Assembly: GCA_963771355.1 (NCBI GenBank)
Contig: CAVYTA010000006.1
Coordinates: 1,792,001-1,856,000 of the forward strand
Reading direction: 5' to 3'
Length of the DNA: 64,000 bases
DNA from: an uncultured Candidatus Rokubacteria bacterium
GTDB taxonomy: Bacteria > Methylomirabilota > Methylomirabilia > Rokubacteriales > CSP1-6
Shown here piece after piece: positions 1 to 10,673 of the stretch. The first letter of the stretch is position 1. The number at the start of each line of letters is the position of its first letter. The notes below the pieces were generated by a model. It was not told the origin of the DNA. It ran no database searches and was given only the letters and a program-made list of their open reading frames with translations. Position numbers and translations under genes: made by a program.

Positions 1-2
1 CC

Positions 3-995
3 AGGATCGCGCGAGAAGGCGACACGGTACCGGGCGTGGGTGCGCTCTCGGGCTTCGGTCGGCACCCTATCCCCGCGCTCAACGAATCCGGCGCGGTGGC
101 CTTTGCCGCCGCCGTCACCGGCGGCAAGACGGTAGAGGGCATCTTCCTCTCCGCCCGGGGCCGCCTCCAGCCGGTGGCGCTCAGCGGCGGGCCGGCTCCG
201 GGCGTGTCGTCGGGCACGCTCTCCGGCGTCGAATCCCCTGCCCTCAACGATCGCGGCGACGTGGCTTTCCTCGCCACGGTGAGACGTGGCCGCGAGACCC
301 TGGAAGCCATTTACGTGCGCGAGGCGGGCGGGAGGCTGCGCAAGGTCGTCGCCCAGGGCGACCCCGCGCCCGCCGGCGGCAGCTTCGCGGGCTTCGGGGC
401 GCCCGTGCTGAACAACAAGGGGGTGGTCGGCTTCGCGGCGGCGGTCGAGGGCAAGGCGGTGCCGGGCGGCATCTTTCTCGTCGAGGGCGGCCAAGTCCGG
501 ATGCTCGTGGGCGCGGGCGACGACACACCCGTCGGCGGCATCTTCTTCAAGTTCTCGGAGCGGTTCAGCCTCAATGACGCGGGCACGGTAGCCTTCAACG
601 CCGTGCTCAAGGACGTACCTTTCGCGGGAGGGCTATTCGCCATCCAGGCGGGTCGGGTGCTCAAGGTCGCCGTGGTCGGCGATACCGCGCCCGGCGGCGG
701 CGCGTTCTCCCACTTCGGGCTCTGGCCCGGCCTCAATGCCCGCGGCAGCCTGGCGTTCGTCGCCTCGGTGGACGGCGGGCCGAGCCCGATGGCCGTGTTC
801 GTGGGGGATCCGGCGCTGGTGGAGCGCATCGCCGGGATCGGTGACGATTTACCGGGCGGCCGCCTCCAGTCCTTCGGCCTCTATCCGCTCGTCGCCATCA
901 ACAATGCGGGAGGTGTGACCTTCGCCACCGCCCCCACCGCCACCGGGGAGGGCGTGGAGGGGATATTCCTGACCGGATCCGACGCGCGTCCCTGA
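3..995 (+). CDS. Beta-propeller-like repeat protein with NxxGxVAF tandem repeats (5' partial)
   Basis: The frame is open from the window start (RIAREGDTVPG...). It has repeated LN(E/D/N)xGxVAF and GDxAPxGG motifs. Confidence 0.7.
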   Translation, partial: RIAREGDTVPGVGALSGFGRHPIPALNESGAVAFAAAVTGGKTVEGIFLSARGRLQPVALSGGPAPGVSSGTLSGVESPALNDRGDVAFLATVRRGRETLEAIYVREAGGRLRKVVAQGDPAPAGGSFAGFGAPVLNNKGVVGFAAAVEGKAVPGGIFLVEGGQVRMLVGAGDDTPVGGIFFKFSERFSLNDAGTVAFNAVLKDVPFAGGLFAIQAGRVLKVAVVGDTAPGGGAFSHFGLWPGLNARGSLAFVASVDGGPSPMAVFVGDPALVERIAGIGDDLPGGRLQSFGLYPLVAINNAGGVTFATAPTATGEGVEGIFLTGSDARP

Positions 996-1007
996 CGAAC
1001 GCGCGCG

Positions 1008-2060
1008 TCAGTTCATGTCGGAGGGCGGATACTCGACGAAGACGTTGGCGGCGGTTATGAGGAGATGCCGCGTGGGGGTGCGCGGCGGCACCGGCTCACC
1101 GCGCAGCATCCGGAGGGCAAGGGGGAGGACGTCATAGCCGTAGCGGTCGAGATAGAACGCCACCGATCCGATCACGATGCTTCCCCGGTTGGTCGGGTCG
1201 ATTTCCTTCTTGTCGGTGATCCCGCCGTGGATGTTCCGGTCCAAGCCATGGCTCGCGATGGCGGCGTCCGAGGCGCGACCCGCCTGCTCGAGCGCGCTCT
1301 TGGCGGCGAGCGCGGTGGCATCGTCCGTCGCCGCCACCAGCACCTTGGCGCCCGGATGCGCGGCGAGATACTTGCCCAGGAGCGCCCCCACTCGCGCGGG
1401 ATTGCCCTGGGTGTCGAGCGTGGCCGGCTTCACGCCGGGCAGCTTCGCGCGAAGTCCCTCCACCACGCCCTGCACCCGCTCGGGCACGCGATCGGCCTTG
1501 GCGTCGATCGGTCCCACGATGACCGCGACCGTCGGCTGGCCCCGCCAGGAGCGCGCGGCGAACTGGCCGAGCGCCTCCCCCGCGATACGTCCCGCGGCGA
1601 CGTTGTCCGCCGTGTACAGCGGCGCCCCCGGCACGGGGTAGTTGACCGCGAGGATGGGGATACCCGCAGCTTTGAGCCGCGCCGCAATGGCGGCGTTGGC
1701 GTCGGAATCCTGGGAATACAGGATGTAGAGGTTCACCTTCCGCGCGACGGCGTCCTCGGCATTGGCTTGCGCCTTCTTCGCGTCTCGCTGGTTGTCGTAG
1801 AAAACAAGGTCCACCGGCAGCCTCCGGGCCGCGAGAACGAAGCCCGATCGGACCTCCACGCCCGTGAAGCCGGTTCCCTCGAGGGTGACGCCGGGCTCCT
1901 CGGTGAGATTGGCGAAGGCGATCGTGTAGCGCCGATCCTGACCGGTGGCGGCGCGCGCGGAGAGGAACGCGGCACCGGCGACCGGCACGCCGAGGAGGGT
2001 CAGACAGAACCGCCGGCGCTCCTCGCGGAGCGCCGGCGCCGAGTTCTGCGTCACGAGCAC
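1008..2060 (-). CDS. Sugar-type ABC transporter periplasmic substrate-binding protein
   Basis: RRRF Tat-like signal; Peripla_BP features (DNxxAGxxAGEAL, ATDDATALAA, GSVAF). Confidence 0.75.
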   Translation of the reverse strand: MLVTQNSAPALREERRRFCLTLLGVPVAGAAFLSARAATGQDRRYTIAFANLTEEPGVTLEGTGFTGVEVRSGFVLAARRLPVDLVFYDNQRDAKKAQANAEDAVARKVNLYILYSQDSDANAAIAARLKAAGIPILAVNYPVPGAPLYTADNVAAGRIAGEALGQFAARSWRGQPTVAVIVGPIDAKADRVPERVQGVVEGLRAKLPGVKPATLDTQGNPARVGALLGKYLAAHPGAKVLVAATDDATALAAKSALEQAGRASDAAIASHGLDRNIHGGITDKKEIDPTNRGSIVIGSVAFYLDRYGYDVLPLALRMLRGEPVPPRTPTRHLLITAANVFVEYPPSDMN

Positions 2061-2069
2061 TCCCCGCGG

Positions 2070-3083
2070 TTAGCGGATGCCCTCGATGGCGACGAAGTTA
2101 CCGGTCATCCCGACGGCCTTGGGCACCGTCATGCTGAAGAAGAACGTGGCCCGGTTCGTCGCCGCCGCCTCGGCGGCAATGAGGTCGGTGCGCACGTTCT
2201 CGATGATGTGGATGCCGTTGTCCGTGAGCAGGATATTGTGAACGATGAAGGCTTCCTTCGGATCCTCGCCGGGGATCACCTCGACGACCCACGTGTCCGC
2301 GCCCACCGCCACGACCTTCTGGGAGACGAGCCACTTGGCCGCCTCCTTGCCGATGCCGGGCGCGGCACCGTTGAAGACGGCGTTCTGCTTCGGGAACTGC
2401 TCGAAGAGGTCGCCCCATCCGGTGTGGATGACGACGATGTCGCCCTCGCGCAGGGTCACGTTGTACATCCGGAGCCCCGCCTGGAGGTCGGCGGGGGTGA
2501 TGAGGGTCCCCCCGTCGAGGCAGGGCTTGCGGCAGGCCGGATTGGTCTTGAGCTTGCCGGCCGCCTGGAAGACCTTCACCATGTCCAGCACCACCCCGCG
2601 GGTCGCGAATGACTTCAGATGCTCGAGACCCAGCTTGGTCATGTTGTTCTGGTTGATGAACTTCCCCATCGCAATCTGATTGAAGTAGCAGTCCTTCCGC
2701 CCGATATGGCCCATCCCGTCCAGGTGGGTTCCCACATGGCTCTGGCTGAGCCAGGTGTCTTCCATGTAGGTGAGCTGGTTCTCGCCGAACGCCCCGCCGG
2801 GGGCCAGGCTGGACGCCGTCAGGATGGTCTTGGTGAAGCGGCTCCCGAAGAGCGGGATTCCGTCCACCAATGGGTAGGACATGACGACGACCTTCCCCTC
2901 CTGGATCTCCGCGGCAGCCGCCTTGGTGACGGCGGGGGTGATGCGGTTGGTCGCGCCGGTCTGGTCATTCGGCCCCCAGGGGGACGGGGGCACCAGGGTC
3001 TTGCAATCGGTCTGCGCGAACGCCAGGGATGCCGAGGTGAGAAGCAGGACGGCGGACGCGCCGAGGACGGATCGAATCCTCAT
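2070..3083 (-). CDS. Cyclase family (kynurenine formamidase-like) metal-dependent hydrolase, secreted
   Basis: HVGTHLDGMGH motif, WGPxDQxG N-terminus, VGADT and IIEN motifs. Signal peptide begins at ATG 3083. Confidence 0.85.
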   Translation of the reverse strand: MRIRSVLGASAVLLLTSASLAFAQTDCKTLVPPSPWGPNDQTGATNRITPAVTKAAAAEIQEGKVVVMSYPLVDGIPLFGSRFTKTILTASSLAPGGAFGENQLTYMEDTWLSQSHVGTHLDGMGHIGRKDCYFNQIAMGKFINQNNMTKLGLEHLKSFATRGVVLDMVKVFQAAGKLKTNPACRKPCLDGGTLITPADLQAGLRMYNVTLREGDIVVIHTGWGDLFEQFPKQNAVFNGAAPGIGKEAAKWLVSQKVVAVGADTWVVEVIPGEDPKEAFIVHNILLTDNGIHIIENVRTDLIAAEAAATNRATFFFSMTVPKAVGMTGNFVAIEGIR

Positions 3084-3189
3084 GCCACAAACCCCTTTCG
3101 GCAATGAAAGGAACCGCACGGCACACGTGTGGGCGGTGCCCGACGCCGGGGATTTTGAGCCGACGTCCCGGCGAAGTCAAGGCCCGCGG

Positions 3190-3558
3190 TCAGCCCTGCC
3201 GGAGGTAGGAATCCCCGCCGGTGAACATGTCCTCGCGCGGTGGCGCGAAGACGTCGATGACCTCGGTGTCCTCGGGGAAAAAGGCCTCGTGGGGCGTATT
3301 GCCGGGGATGACCCCGCAATCGCCCGCGCGGCACACGCGCTTGTCACCGTCGAGGTCGAACTCCATCCGGCCCGAGATCATCCAGAAGATCTGCTCGTGC
3401 GGATGCTGGTGGCGCGCGGCATGCGCCCCCGCCTTCATCTGCCAGAAGACGATCATGCCCTTGTCCCCCACCACGATGCGGCGGGTGATCTTGTCGCCGA
3501 TCTTCTCCTCGGGGAGCTCCTTGAGGTTGACGTAGCCGTGCATCACGGGGACGGACAT
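3190..3558 (-). CDS. Cupin domain protein
   Basis: HQHPHEQ...G...IPGNTPH cupin motifs and the DVFAPPRED tail. Confidence 0.85.
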   Translation of the reverse strand: MSVPVMHGYVNLKELPEEKIGDKITRRIVVGDKGMIVFWQMKAGAHAARHQHPHEQIFWMISGRMEFDLDGDKRVCRAGDCGVIPGNTPHEAFFPEDTEVIDVFAPPREDMFTGGDSYLRQG

Positions 3559-3646
3559 GGTGGGCCTCCTTTTGGGACCGACTCGCGTCGAGGGTGGCTC
3601 GGGCTGCCCAGACCCTAGCCAGCGGCCCCCGGCAAGTCAAGCGGCG

Positions 3647-3676
3647 TTGACCCGCTCCGGGGGCGCATGGGATACT
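3647..3676 (+). promoter_or_regulatory. Putative sigma70-type promoter for the tautomerase operon
   Basis: TTGACC-N18-GATACT upstream of a GGGAGG RBS. A divergent TTGACT lies on the minus strand at 3635-3640. Confidence 0.45.
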
Positions 3677-3710
3677 TTGCGGCGTCCCTACCAAAGCCTC
3701 GGGAGGCGCC

Positions 3711-3896
3711 ATGCCAAACATCACCGTCCAGTGGTACGCCGGCCGCACCGACCAGCAGAAGCGCGAGATCACCCAGGCCATCACGGAGGCGATGGTGAAC
3801 ATCGGCAAGACCACCGCCGACCAGGTCCACATCGTCTTCCAGGACGTGGAGAAGTCCAACTGGGGATACAACGGCAAGCTCGCGAGCGATAAATAG
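3711..3896 (+). CDS. 4-oxalocrotonate tautomerase family protein
   Basis: 61 aa with catalytic N-terminal Pro (MPNITV), GRTxxQK and WGxxG motifs. Confidence 0.9.
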   Translation: MPNITVQWYAGRTDQQKREITQAITEAMVNIGKTTADQVHIVFQDVEKSNWGYNGKLASDK

Positions 3897-3904
3897 GAGC
3901 CACC

Positions 3905-4822
3905 ATGCTCGACCTCAAAGGGATCACACCCGCCACCGTCCTGCCGCTGACGTCCGACGCCCGGATCGACGAGCCCGAGCTGCGCAAGTACATCCGCTGG
4001 ATCGCCGGTCAGGGCATCAAGGCGGTGGCGGTCAACGTGGACACCGGCGAGGGACCGCATCTCTGGCATGACGAGAAGCTGAGCGTCCTCCGCATCTACA
4101 AGGAAGAGCTGGCGGGCCGGGGGATCCCGATCGTGGCCGGGCTCGGCGCCTCCTTCACCGCGCAGGCGGTGAAGTACGCGAAGGAGTACCGCGAGGCCGG
4201 CGCCGACGCCTTCCTGGTCTTCCCCATCACCGCCTATCTCGGCCAGCCCCTCGATCCCGAGGTCCCCTACCGCTATCACCGGGCCATTGCCGACGAGGTC
4301 GGGCTCCCCATGGTCATCTTCACGCTGCAGCCCGCGCTGGGCGGGGTGGCCTTCGACGACGAGACCCTGCTCCGGCTCATCGAGATCCCCCAGGTGGTGG
4401 CCATCAAGGAGGCGCTCTTCGACGCCAAGCGCTTCCGCGAGATCGTGGACGTGGTGCGGCGCGCCCCGCGGCGCATCACCGTGCTCACCGGCAACGACAA
4501 CTTCATCTGGGAGTCCTATCTCCTCGGCGCCGAGGGCGCCCTGCTGGGGGCCTGCGCGGTCACCACCCGGACCCACGTGGAGGTGCACGCGGCGGCCATG
4601 CGCGGCGACTGGGCGGTGGCGCGTGAGAAGGGCGATCGCATCCAGAAGCTGGTGGACGTGGTCTTCGCCGCGCCGGTGCGAGACTATCGCGCGCGCTCCA
4701 AGGAGGTGCTGGTCATGCAGGGCGTGATCCAGCACGCCCACATGCGCGCGCCGCTCTTGCCCATCAGCGCCGACGATCGCGCGCGGCTCAAGCGCGCGCT
4801 CGAGGAGGCCGGGGAGCTTTAG
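3905..4822 (+). CDS. Dihydrodipicolinate synthase family (class I aldolase/dehydratase) protein
   Basis: GxxPA N-terminus, DTGEG, and Schiff-base Lys in VAIKEA. Confidence 0.85.
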   Translation: MLDLKGITPATVLPLTSDARIDEPELRKYIRWIAGQGIKAVAVNVDTGEGPHLWHDEKLSVLRIYKEELAGRGIPIVAGLGASFTAQAVKYAKEYREAGADAFLVFPITAYLGQPLDPEVPYRYHRAIADEVGLPMVIFTLQPALGGVAFDDETLLRLIEIPQVVAIKEALFDAKRFREIVDVVRRAPRRITVLTGNDNFIWESYLLGAEGALLGACAVTTRTHVEVHAAAMRGDWAVAREKGDRIQKLVDVVFAAPVRDYRARSKEVLVMQGVIQHAHMRAPLLPISADDRARLKRALEEAGEL

Positions 4823-4840
4823 CCGGAGCCGCCCCACCAT

Positions 4841-6370
4841 TTGAGCGCGGGCATCGACTACTCGCCCTGGACGGAGCTCCTCGCCGCCATCGTCACCCCC
4901 GACGGCAAGGTGGACTACGAGGTGCTCGCCCCCCGGCGGGATCTTCTCACCCGCTTCGTCGCGGCGCTGGGGGCGGCGAGCCCCGACAGCGCCCCCGAGC
5001 GCTTCCCCACCGACGAGGACGCCCTCGCCTACTGGATCAACGCCTACAACGCCTTCGTGCTGGACGCGGTGATCGAGGAGTATCCGATCCGCTCCGTCTG
5101 GAAGGCCAAGGACGGTCAATTCTTCGAGCGGCCGCGCCACCTGGCGGGCGGACGCGCCGTGAGCCTCAACGACATCGAGCACCGGATCCTGCGCGGGCGC
5201 TTCCGGGAGCCGCGCATCCACTTCGCCATCAACTGCGCCTCCAACGGCTGCCCGCCCATGCGCCCGCACGCCTACGAGCCCGCCGGATTGCGGGAGAACC
5301 TGGATGTCGCCACCCGCCAGTTCCTCGCCAGCGAGTGGAACTGCCGGGTGGACGCCGCGGAAGGCAAGATCTTCGTGTCGCGCATCTTCCGGATGTACGC
5401 GGAGGACTTCGCCGGCGACGCCGACTCCACGGTGGAGTACCGGCGCGGCGTCCTCCGCTTCGTGGCCGAGCACACCGGGCTCGCGCTCTCGGCGCTGGAG
5501 ACCTACGAGCTCGTCTACAACACCTACGACTGGGGCCTCAACGACTCGCACCGCGACCCCCGGCTCCGCCCCATCACCTTCCACGAGAGCGTGGAGGCGT
5601 TCCACGAGGCCGACCCGGGGCTGCGTGAGCTCTTCCTCTACGACGGGAACTTCTGCAACCGGGACTGCTCCTGGTGCACGGTGTTCGGCTCTCCCAAGGG
5701 CTGGCACGTGGACTATAGCGCGCGCCTCCTCGACGCGGTGCTCGCCCACGTGGCGACCGACGGGAACATCAAGTTCTACGGCGGCGAGCCCACCCTGCAC
5801 GCCGAGGGTCTCATCGAGGCCATGCGCTACCTCCGCGCCGGCGGCTTCCGGGGCCTCTTCTCCATCTTCTCCAACGGGGTGAAGGCCCGCACCCTCATCC
5901 GGATGCTCGAGTCGGACCCGCGGACGGAGGCGGTGCTGAACTACTCGATCTACCTCGGGCGCGACGCCCCGCCCCTGCCCGACGGGTCCAAGGCCACTCT
6001 CGAGGAATGGGCGCGCGCCCACCCCATGCGGATGTTCTCCGGCTACAAGGTGCTGTACCGCGTGGGGGCGGGGGTGGACCAGGTCTTCGATCGCGACCGC
6101 GAGAGCGATTACCATGCGCTCTCGGGCTGCGTGCTCTGCTTCCCGGTGCTCAAGTCCACCGGCGAGTTCCACGCCTGTCCCTTCGCGGTCGAGAGCCACG
6201 CTCCCCACTACCGCCTGGGGACGCTGGAGACTCCGCCGGGGGAGGTCTTCGCGAACTACCGGCGGTTCCGGGTCTGGGCCACCTCCGTGCTCGATCCCGC
6301 CGCCCGCGCCCGGGGAATCACGAGCTGCGAGATGTGCCAGCGCCACGTGACGGAGTTGCCGACGTATTGA
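4841..6370 (+). CDS. DUF547 domain fused to a radical SAM domain
   Basis: N-half has [17 protein letters not shown] and [14 protein letters not shown] (DUF547). C-half has CNRDCSWC (CxxxCxxC), FYGGEPTL and FSNG, then CxxC...C...CxxC. TTG start. Confidence 0.8.
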   Translation: MSAGIDYSPWTELLAAIVTPDGKVDYEVLAPRRDLLTRFVAALGAASPDSAPERFPTDEDALAYWINAYNAFVLDAVIEEYPIRSVWKAKDGQFFERPRHLAGGRAVSLNDIEHRILRGRFREPRIHFAINCASNGCPPMRPHAYEPAGLRENLDVATRQFLASEWNCRVDAAEGKIFVSRIFRMYAEDFAGDADSTVEYRRGVLRFVAEHTGLALSALETYELVYNTYDWGLNDSHRDPRLRPITFHESVEAFHEADPGLRELFLYDGNFCNRDCSWCTVFGSPKGWHVDYSARLLDAVLAHVATDGNIKFYGGEPTLHAEGLIEAMRYLRAGGFRGLFSIFSNGVKARTLIRMLESDPRTEAVLNYSIYLGRDAPPLPDGSKATLEEWARAHPMRMFSGYKVLYRVGAGVDQVFDRDRESDYHALSGCVLCFPVLKSTGEFHACPFAVESHAPHYRLGTLETPPGEVFANYRRFRVWATSVLDPAARARGITSCEMCQRHVTELPTY

Positions 6371-7174
6371 TGCTCAACGGGCCCAAGTTCGTGGAGGTCT
6401 CGGACCTGGTGCGGGTGTTTTCCACCCCCGACGGGCCGGTGCGGGCGCTGGACGGCGTGTCCTTCGACGTCCGCCGGGGCGAGTTCCTCTCCATCGTGGG
6501 CCCGTCGGGCTGCGGCAAGAGCACCCTGGCCATGCTCATCGCGGGGCTCCTGCGCCCGACCTCGGGCGTGATCGTGCTGGACGGCCGCGCGGTGGACCGG
6601 CCCCAGACCGATCTCGGCATCGTGTTCCAGAACGCGGTGCTGCTGGCCTGGCGCAGCGCGCTGGACAATGTCCTCCTCCAGCTCGAGATGCGCGGGCTTG
6701 ATCCGACGGAGATACCGGGACCGGGCGCTCGAGCTACTACGGAGCGTGGGGCTGGAGGGCTTCGCGCGCCGGCTCCCTCACGAGCTGTCGGGCGGCATGC
6801 GCCAGCGCGTGGCCATCTGCCGGGCCCTCATCCACGAGCCCCCGCTGCTGCTCATGGACGAGCCCTTCGGCGCGCTGGATGCGCTCACCCGCGACCAGAT
6901 GACGCTCGACATCCAGGGCATCTGCGCGCGCGGCGGCAAGACGGTGCTCTTCATCACGCACTCCATCACCGAGGCGGTGTTCCTGTCGGATCGCGTGATC
7001 GTCATGACGCCGCGGCCGGGCCGCATCGACAGCGTGGTGGAGGTCGAGCTGCCCCGCCCCCGACGGCTGGCCGTGCGCGAGCACCCGGCGTTCGCGGGGT
7101 ACGCCCGCGCGATCCGCGACCGCTTCATGGCCCAGGGCGTCCTGCGCGACATCGAAGAGGCCCCCACGTCATGA
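6370..7174 (+). CDS. NitT/TauT-type ABC transporter ATP-binding protein (frameshifted near 6706)
   Basis: Walker [10 protein letters not shown] lies in one frame; LSGGMRQR and [11 protein letters not shown] lie in the next frame. Apparent single extra base near 6706. Confidence 0.85.
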
Positions 7175-7947
7175 CCTGGCGCGACTGGAGCCCGCCGCTG
7201 GTCACGCTGGTGGCGATGGTGGTGGTCTGGGAGCTCGCAGTGGCTCTCTTCCGTGTGCCCGAGTACATCCTGCCCACGCCGCGCGGGATCGCCGCGGCCA
7301 TGGTCAAGGAATGGCGTTACCTCGCCCTGCACACGTGGATCACCGTCCAGGAAGTGCTGCTGGGATTCGCGATGGCGGTGGCGGTCGGCATCCCCATCGC
7401 CATGGCCATCGTGTACTCCCCGGTGGTCGAGCGTGCGATCTACCCGCTCCTGGTCGGCTCGCAGTCGGTCCCCAAGATCGCCATCGCCCCTCTCCTGATC
7501 TTCTGGGCCGGGCTCGGCCTCTTCCCCAAGGTGCTGGTCGCCTTTCTCATCTCGTTCTTTCCCATCATCATCGACACCGTGGTGGGGCTCCGGTCGGTGG
7601 AGCCCGAGATGCTCCACCTCGCGCGCTCCATGGGGGCCGGGGCGGGGCGCACCTTCCTCAAGATCCGCTTCCCCTCCGCGCTGCCGAACATCTTCGCCGG
7701 GCTCAAGGTGGCGGTGACGCTGGCGGTGGTGGGCGCCATCGTGGGCGAGTTCATCCAGGCCGACCGGGGCCTCGGCTACGCGCTGCTCCAGGCCAATGCG
7801 GTGATGGACACCCGGCTCGGCTTCGCCGCCATCATCGTGCTCTCGGCGGTCGGCATCGCCATGTTCGTGGCCGTGGATCTCATCGAGCGGCGGCTCATCC
7901 CCTGGCACGCGTCTCATCGCTCCGAGCTCGCCGCCGGCACTCTTTAA
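7171..7947 (+). CDS. NitT/TauT-type ABC transporter permease
   Basis: Hydrophobic TM segments; PKIAIAPL and ARSMGA...P motifs; ATGA overlap with the ATPase gene. Confidence 0.88.
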   Translation: MTWRDWSPPLVTLVAMVVVWELAVALFRVPEYILPTPRGIAAAMVKEWRYLALHTWITVQEVLLGFAMAVAVGIPIAMAIVYSPVVERAIYPLLVGSQSVPKIAIAPLLIFWAGLGLFPKVLVAFLISFFPIIIDTVVGLRSVEPEMLHLARSMGAGAGRTFLKIRFPSALPNIFAGLKVAVTLAVVGAIVGEFIQADRGLGYALLQANAVMDTRLGFAAIIVLSAVGIAMFVAVDLIERRLIPWHASHRSELAAGTL

Positions 7948-7972
7948 CGCAGGAACCCAAGGAGAACCACGT

Positions 7973-8977
7973 ATGTCTCGACGCCCCACGCTCATCGGCG
8001 TCCTCGCCGCCCTCGCCGCCCTCGCCGTGGCCGCCCTGCCCGCGCCGGCCCAGGCCCCCCGCGACAAGGCCACGCTCAAGCTGAACTTCTATGCCTACGG
8101 CGAGCACGCCGCCTTCGCCTACGGACTGGAGAAGGGGATCTACGCGGAGGACGGAATCGAGCTCACCATCGTGGAGGGTGGCGGCTCGGGCAAGGTGGTG
8201 CAGGAGATCGGCATCGGAAGCGAGCGCTTCGGCTACGCGGACGCCACCACCATGGCCAATCTCGTCTCCAAGGGCTTGCCGGTCAAGATGATCGCCAACT
8301 ATGTCCAGACCAGCCCCATGTCCATCATCTTCTTCGCCGAGACCGGCATCAAGTCCCCCAAGGACCTCGAGGGCAAGAAGGTGTCCTTCACCGCCGGCGA
8401 CTCGCTGCACCAGAACTTCCCCGCCCTGATCAAGCTCAACCGGGTGGACAAGTCCAAGGTCCAGGAGGTGCTCCTCGCGCCCGCCGCCAAGCAGACGGCG
8501 GTGATGACGGGCACGGTCGACGCCATGGGTGGCTACTACACCACCCAGGCCGGGGCCATCGAGTCCGAGACCAAGAAGAAGGTGGGCTACATCCGCTACA
8601 CCGACTTCGGCGTGGGCGCGATGACCCAGGGGCTCTTCGTGCACACCAAGTATCTCGGCGAGAAGTCGCTGAATTGCCGCATGGTGCGGGCCACCGGCCG
8701 CGCCTGGCAGGCGGCCATCAAGGACCCCGACGGCGCGGCGGCGGCGCTGCACAAGCTCTTCCCCAAGACCAACAAGGGCCTCACCGACCTGACCAAGAAG
8801 CAGTGGCAGGACTCGGCCGATCTCCTGTATACGAAAGCTTCTCAGGGCAAGACCCCCGGCCTCATGATGAAGGAGGATTGGGACACCCTGCTGGGCCTCG
8901 CCAAGGAGTACGGCGGGCTCGAGCCGGTGAAGGCGCACGTGGACTACTACACGAACGAATTCTTCGACTGCAAGTAA
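7973..8977 (+). CDS. ABC transporter substrate-binding protein, NMT1/THI5-like
   Basis: Signal peptide; KGIYAEDGIEL, EGGGSG and IKSPKDLEGKK motifs. Confidence 0.88.
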   Translation: MSRRPTLIGVLAALAALAVAALPAPAQAPRDKATLKLNFYAYGEHAAFAYGLEKGIYAEDGIELTIVEGGGSGKVVQEIGIGSERFGYADATTMANLVSKGLPVKMIANYVQTSPMSIIFFAETGIKSPKDLEGKKVSFTAGDSLHQNFPALIKLNRVDKSKVQEVLLAPAAKQTAVMTGTVDAMGGYYTTQAGAIESETKKKVGYIRYTDFGVGAMTQGLFVHTKYLGEKSLNCRMVRATGRAWQAAIKDPDGAAAALHKLFPKTNKGLTDLTKKQWQDSADLLYTKASQGKTPGLMMKEDWDTLLGLAKEYGGLEPVKAHVDYYTNEFFDCK

Positions 8978-8985
8978 GGGACCTC

Positions 8986-9975
8986 ATGGCCAAGCTCAGG
9001 ATCGGCTTCATCCCCATCGAGGGGGGACACTACTACCGCGAGGCCCTGGAGGAGGTCGTTCGCGCCGAGGAGCTCGGATTCGACTCGGTGTGGATGGAGG
9101 AGCACCACTCCGTGGTGAACCACTACTGGCCGTCACCCCTGCCGGTGCTGGCGGGCTTCGCCGCCCGCACCAGCAAGATGGTGCTGGGCACCGACATCCT
9201 GGTGGCGCCCTTCTACCATCCCACCCGGCTGGCGGAGGACTGCGCGCTGCTCGACATCATGTCGAACGGGCGCTTCGTCCTCGGCATCGCCATCGGCTAC
9301 AAGCCGGACGAGTTCGCGCTGTATGGCGCCGAGCTGGAAAAGCGCGGCGCCCGCTTCGAGGAGCAGATGGCCATCGTCAAGGGCCTCTGGACCAAGGACC
9401 GGATCACCCACAAGGGCACCTACTATCAGCTCGAGGGCAGCCTCGAGCCGAAACCGATCACGCCGGGCGGGCCGCCGGTGTGGATCGGCGGCTGGGGTGA
9501 CATCACTCTGCGCCGCGCCGCCACCATGGCCGACAACTGGATCCCCGGCCCCACCGGCGAGCTGCCGCGCCTCCTCAAGGGCAAGGCCCAGTTCCTGGCC
9601 AATCGCCAGGCGGCGGGCATCACCGCTTCCCTCGCGGAGTGGCCGCTCACGCGCGACGTCATCATCGCCGACACCGAGAAGCAGGCGCGCGAGCTGGCCG
9701 AGAAGCACATCATGGTGTCGTACCGGAAGGAGTACGCGGGCGGCTGGCGGCACCCCTTCATCGATGCCTCCATCGCCGTCGACCTCGACAAGGTCAAGAA
9801 GGATCGCTTCCTGATCGGCAGTCCCGACCAAGTCATCCGCGACCTCAAGCCCTTCGTGGAGCAGTACGGCATGGACCACCTGATCTGCCGGCTCTTCTTC
9901 CCCGGGATGCCCCACACGCACATCATGCGCGAGCTGGAGCTCCTGGCGAAGGAGGTCATGCCGGCCTTCAAGTGA
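8986..9975 (+). CDS. LLM-class flavin-dependent oxidoreductase
   Basis: AEELGFDSVWMEEHH, HPTRLAED, LDIMSNGR and PPVWIGG motifs. Confidence 0.9.
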   Translation: MAKLRIGFIPIEGGHYYREALEEVVRAEELGFDSVWMEEHHSVVNHYWPSPLPVLAGFAARTSKMVLGTDILVAPFYHPTRLAEDCALLDIMSNGRFVLGIAIGYKPDEFALYGAELEKRGARFEEQMAIVKGLWTKDRITHKGTYYQLEGSLEPKPITPGGPPVWIGGWGDITLRRAATMADNWIPGPTGELPRLLKGKAQFLANRQAAGITASLAEWPLTRDVIIADTEKQARELAEKHIMVSYRKEYAGGWRHPFIDASIAVDLDKVKKDRFLIGSPDQVIRDLKPFVEQYGMDHLICRLFFPGMPHTHIMRELELLAKEVMPAFK

Positions 9976-10673
9976 GCGAGCCCTTCACCGATCCCGCCAC
10001 GGTGGACGGGGAGGCCGTCCCCGCGACGGTGGCCGGCGGCTCCTCCCTCCGCGGTGCGCTCGTGGGGGCGCTCGCGCGCGCGGGCCTCGGGGGCGCGGCG
10101 ATGGCCCTGGCGGCCTGGATCCTCCAGCAATCCGGCTTCGCGCTCGCCACCGGCCACGGATTCCCCGACGCCGCCGCGCGCGTCCTCATGCTCGCGGCGT
10201 ATGGCCTGCTCGGCGCGGCGTGCGGGTTCGTCCATGCGCTGGCGGGCAGCGCGCTGGGCGTGGTCGAGCGCGTCGATCGTGTGCTCCAGACGCGCCTCGA
10301 GCCGCACGTGACGGGGCTCCTCGGCCGCATGTTCCCGGGCACGCCGACCATCACCGTGGACCAGATCGCGACCGCGGTGGATCGGCTCATCGCGCTGGCG
10401 GCGGACCCCTCGCGACCCGGCCTGCCGCGGATGCTGCTCGGCTGGGCGCTCCGGCGGGGAGGCGCGGCGCTGCTTCGCGAGGCGCGGACGCGTGCGGGAT
10501 CGGAAGGGCGGCTGACCCTCGCCGAGGCGTCCGCGCTCCTCCGGGAGCATCTCGTCCGCCTCGCCACCGGCCAGCTCCGCTCGCGGCTGTCCATCGCCCG
10601 CCAGCTCGCCGTCTGGATCTCGGCCCTCGCCGTCCTCGGCCCGGCGGCCTGGCTCGCGCTCCGGAGCCCATGA
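9972..10673 (+). CDS. Hypothetical membrane protein
   Basis: 4-nt overlaps with both neighbours (GTGA upstream, ATGA downstream); about three hydrophobic segments. Confidence 0.6.
   Translation: MSEPFTDPATVDGEAVPATVAGGSSLRGALVGALARAGLGGAAMALAAWILQQSGFALATGHGFPDAAARVLMLAAYGLLGAACGFVHALAGSALGVVERVDRVLQTRLEPHVTGLLGRMFPGTPTITVDQIATAVDRLIALAADPSRPGLPRMLLGWALRRGGAALLREARTRAGSEGRLTLAEASALLREHLVRLATGQLRSRLSIARQLAVWISALAVLGPAAWLALRSP

Noticed and set aside
3344..6346. Very long opposite-strand ORFs (e.g. 1000 aa at 3344-6346, 754 aa at 9968-12232, 776 aa at 48140-50470)
   Set aside because: Shadow ORFs caused by high GC and strong codon bias. They are rich in R/G/A/H, lack motifs and lie antisense to well-supported genes.
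6007..7947. Apparent 646-aa ATPase-permease fusion
   Set aside because: Artefact of the frameshift near 6706. The ATPase C-half is in another frame and the permease has its own ATG at 7171.
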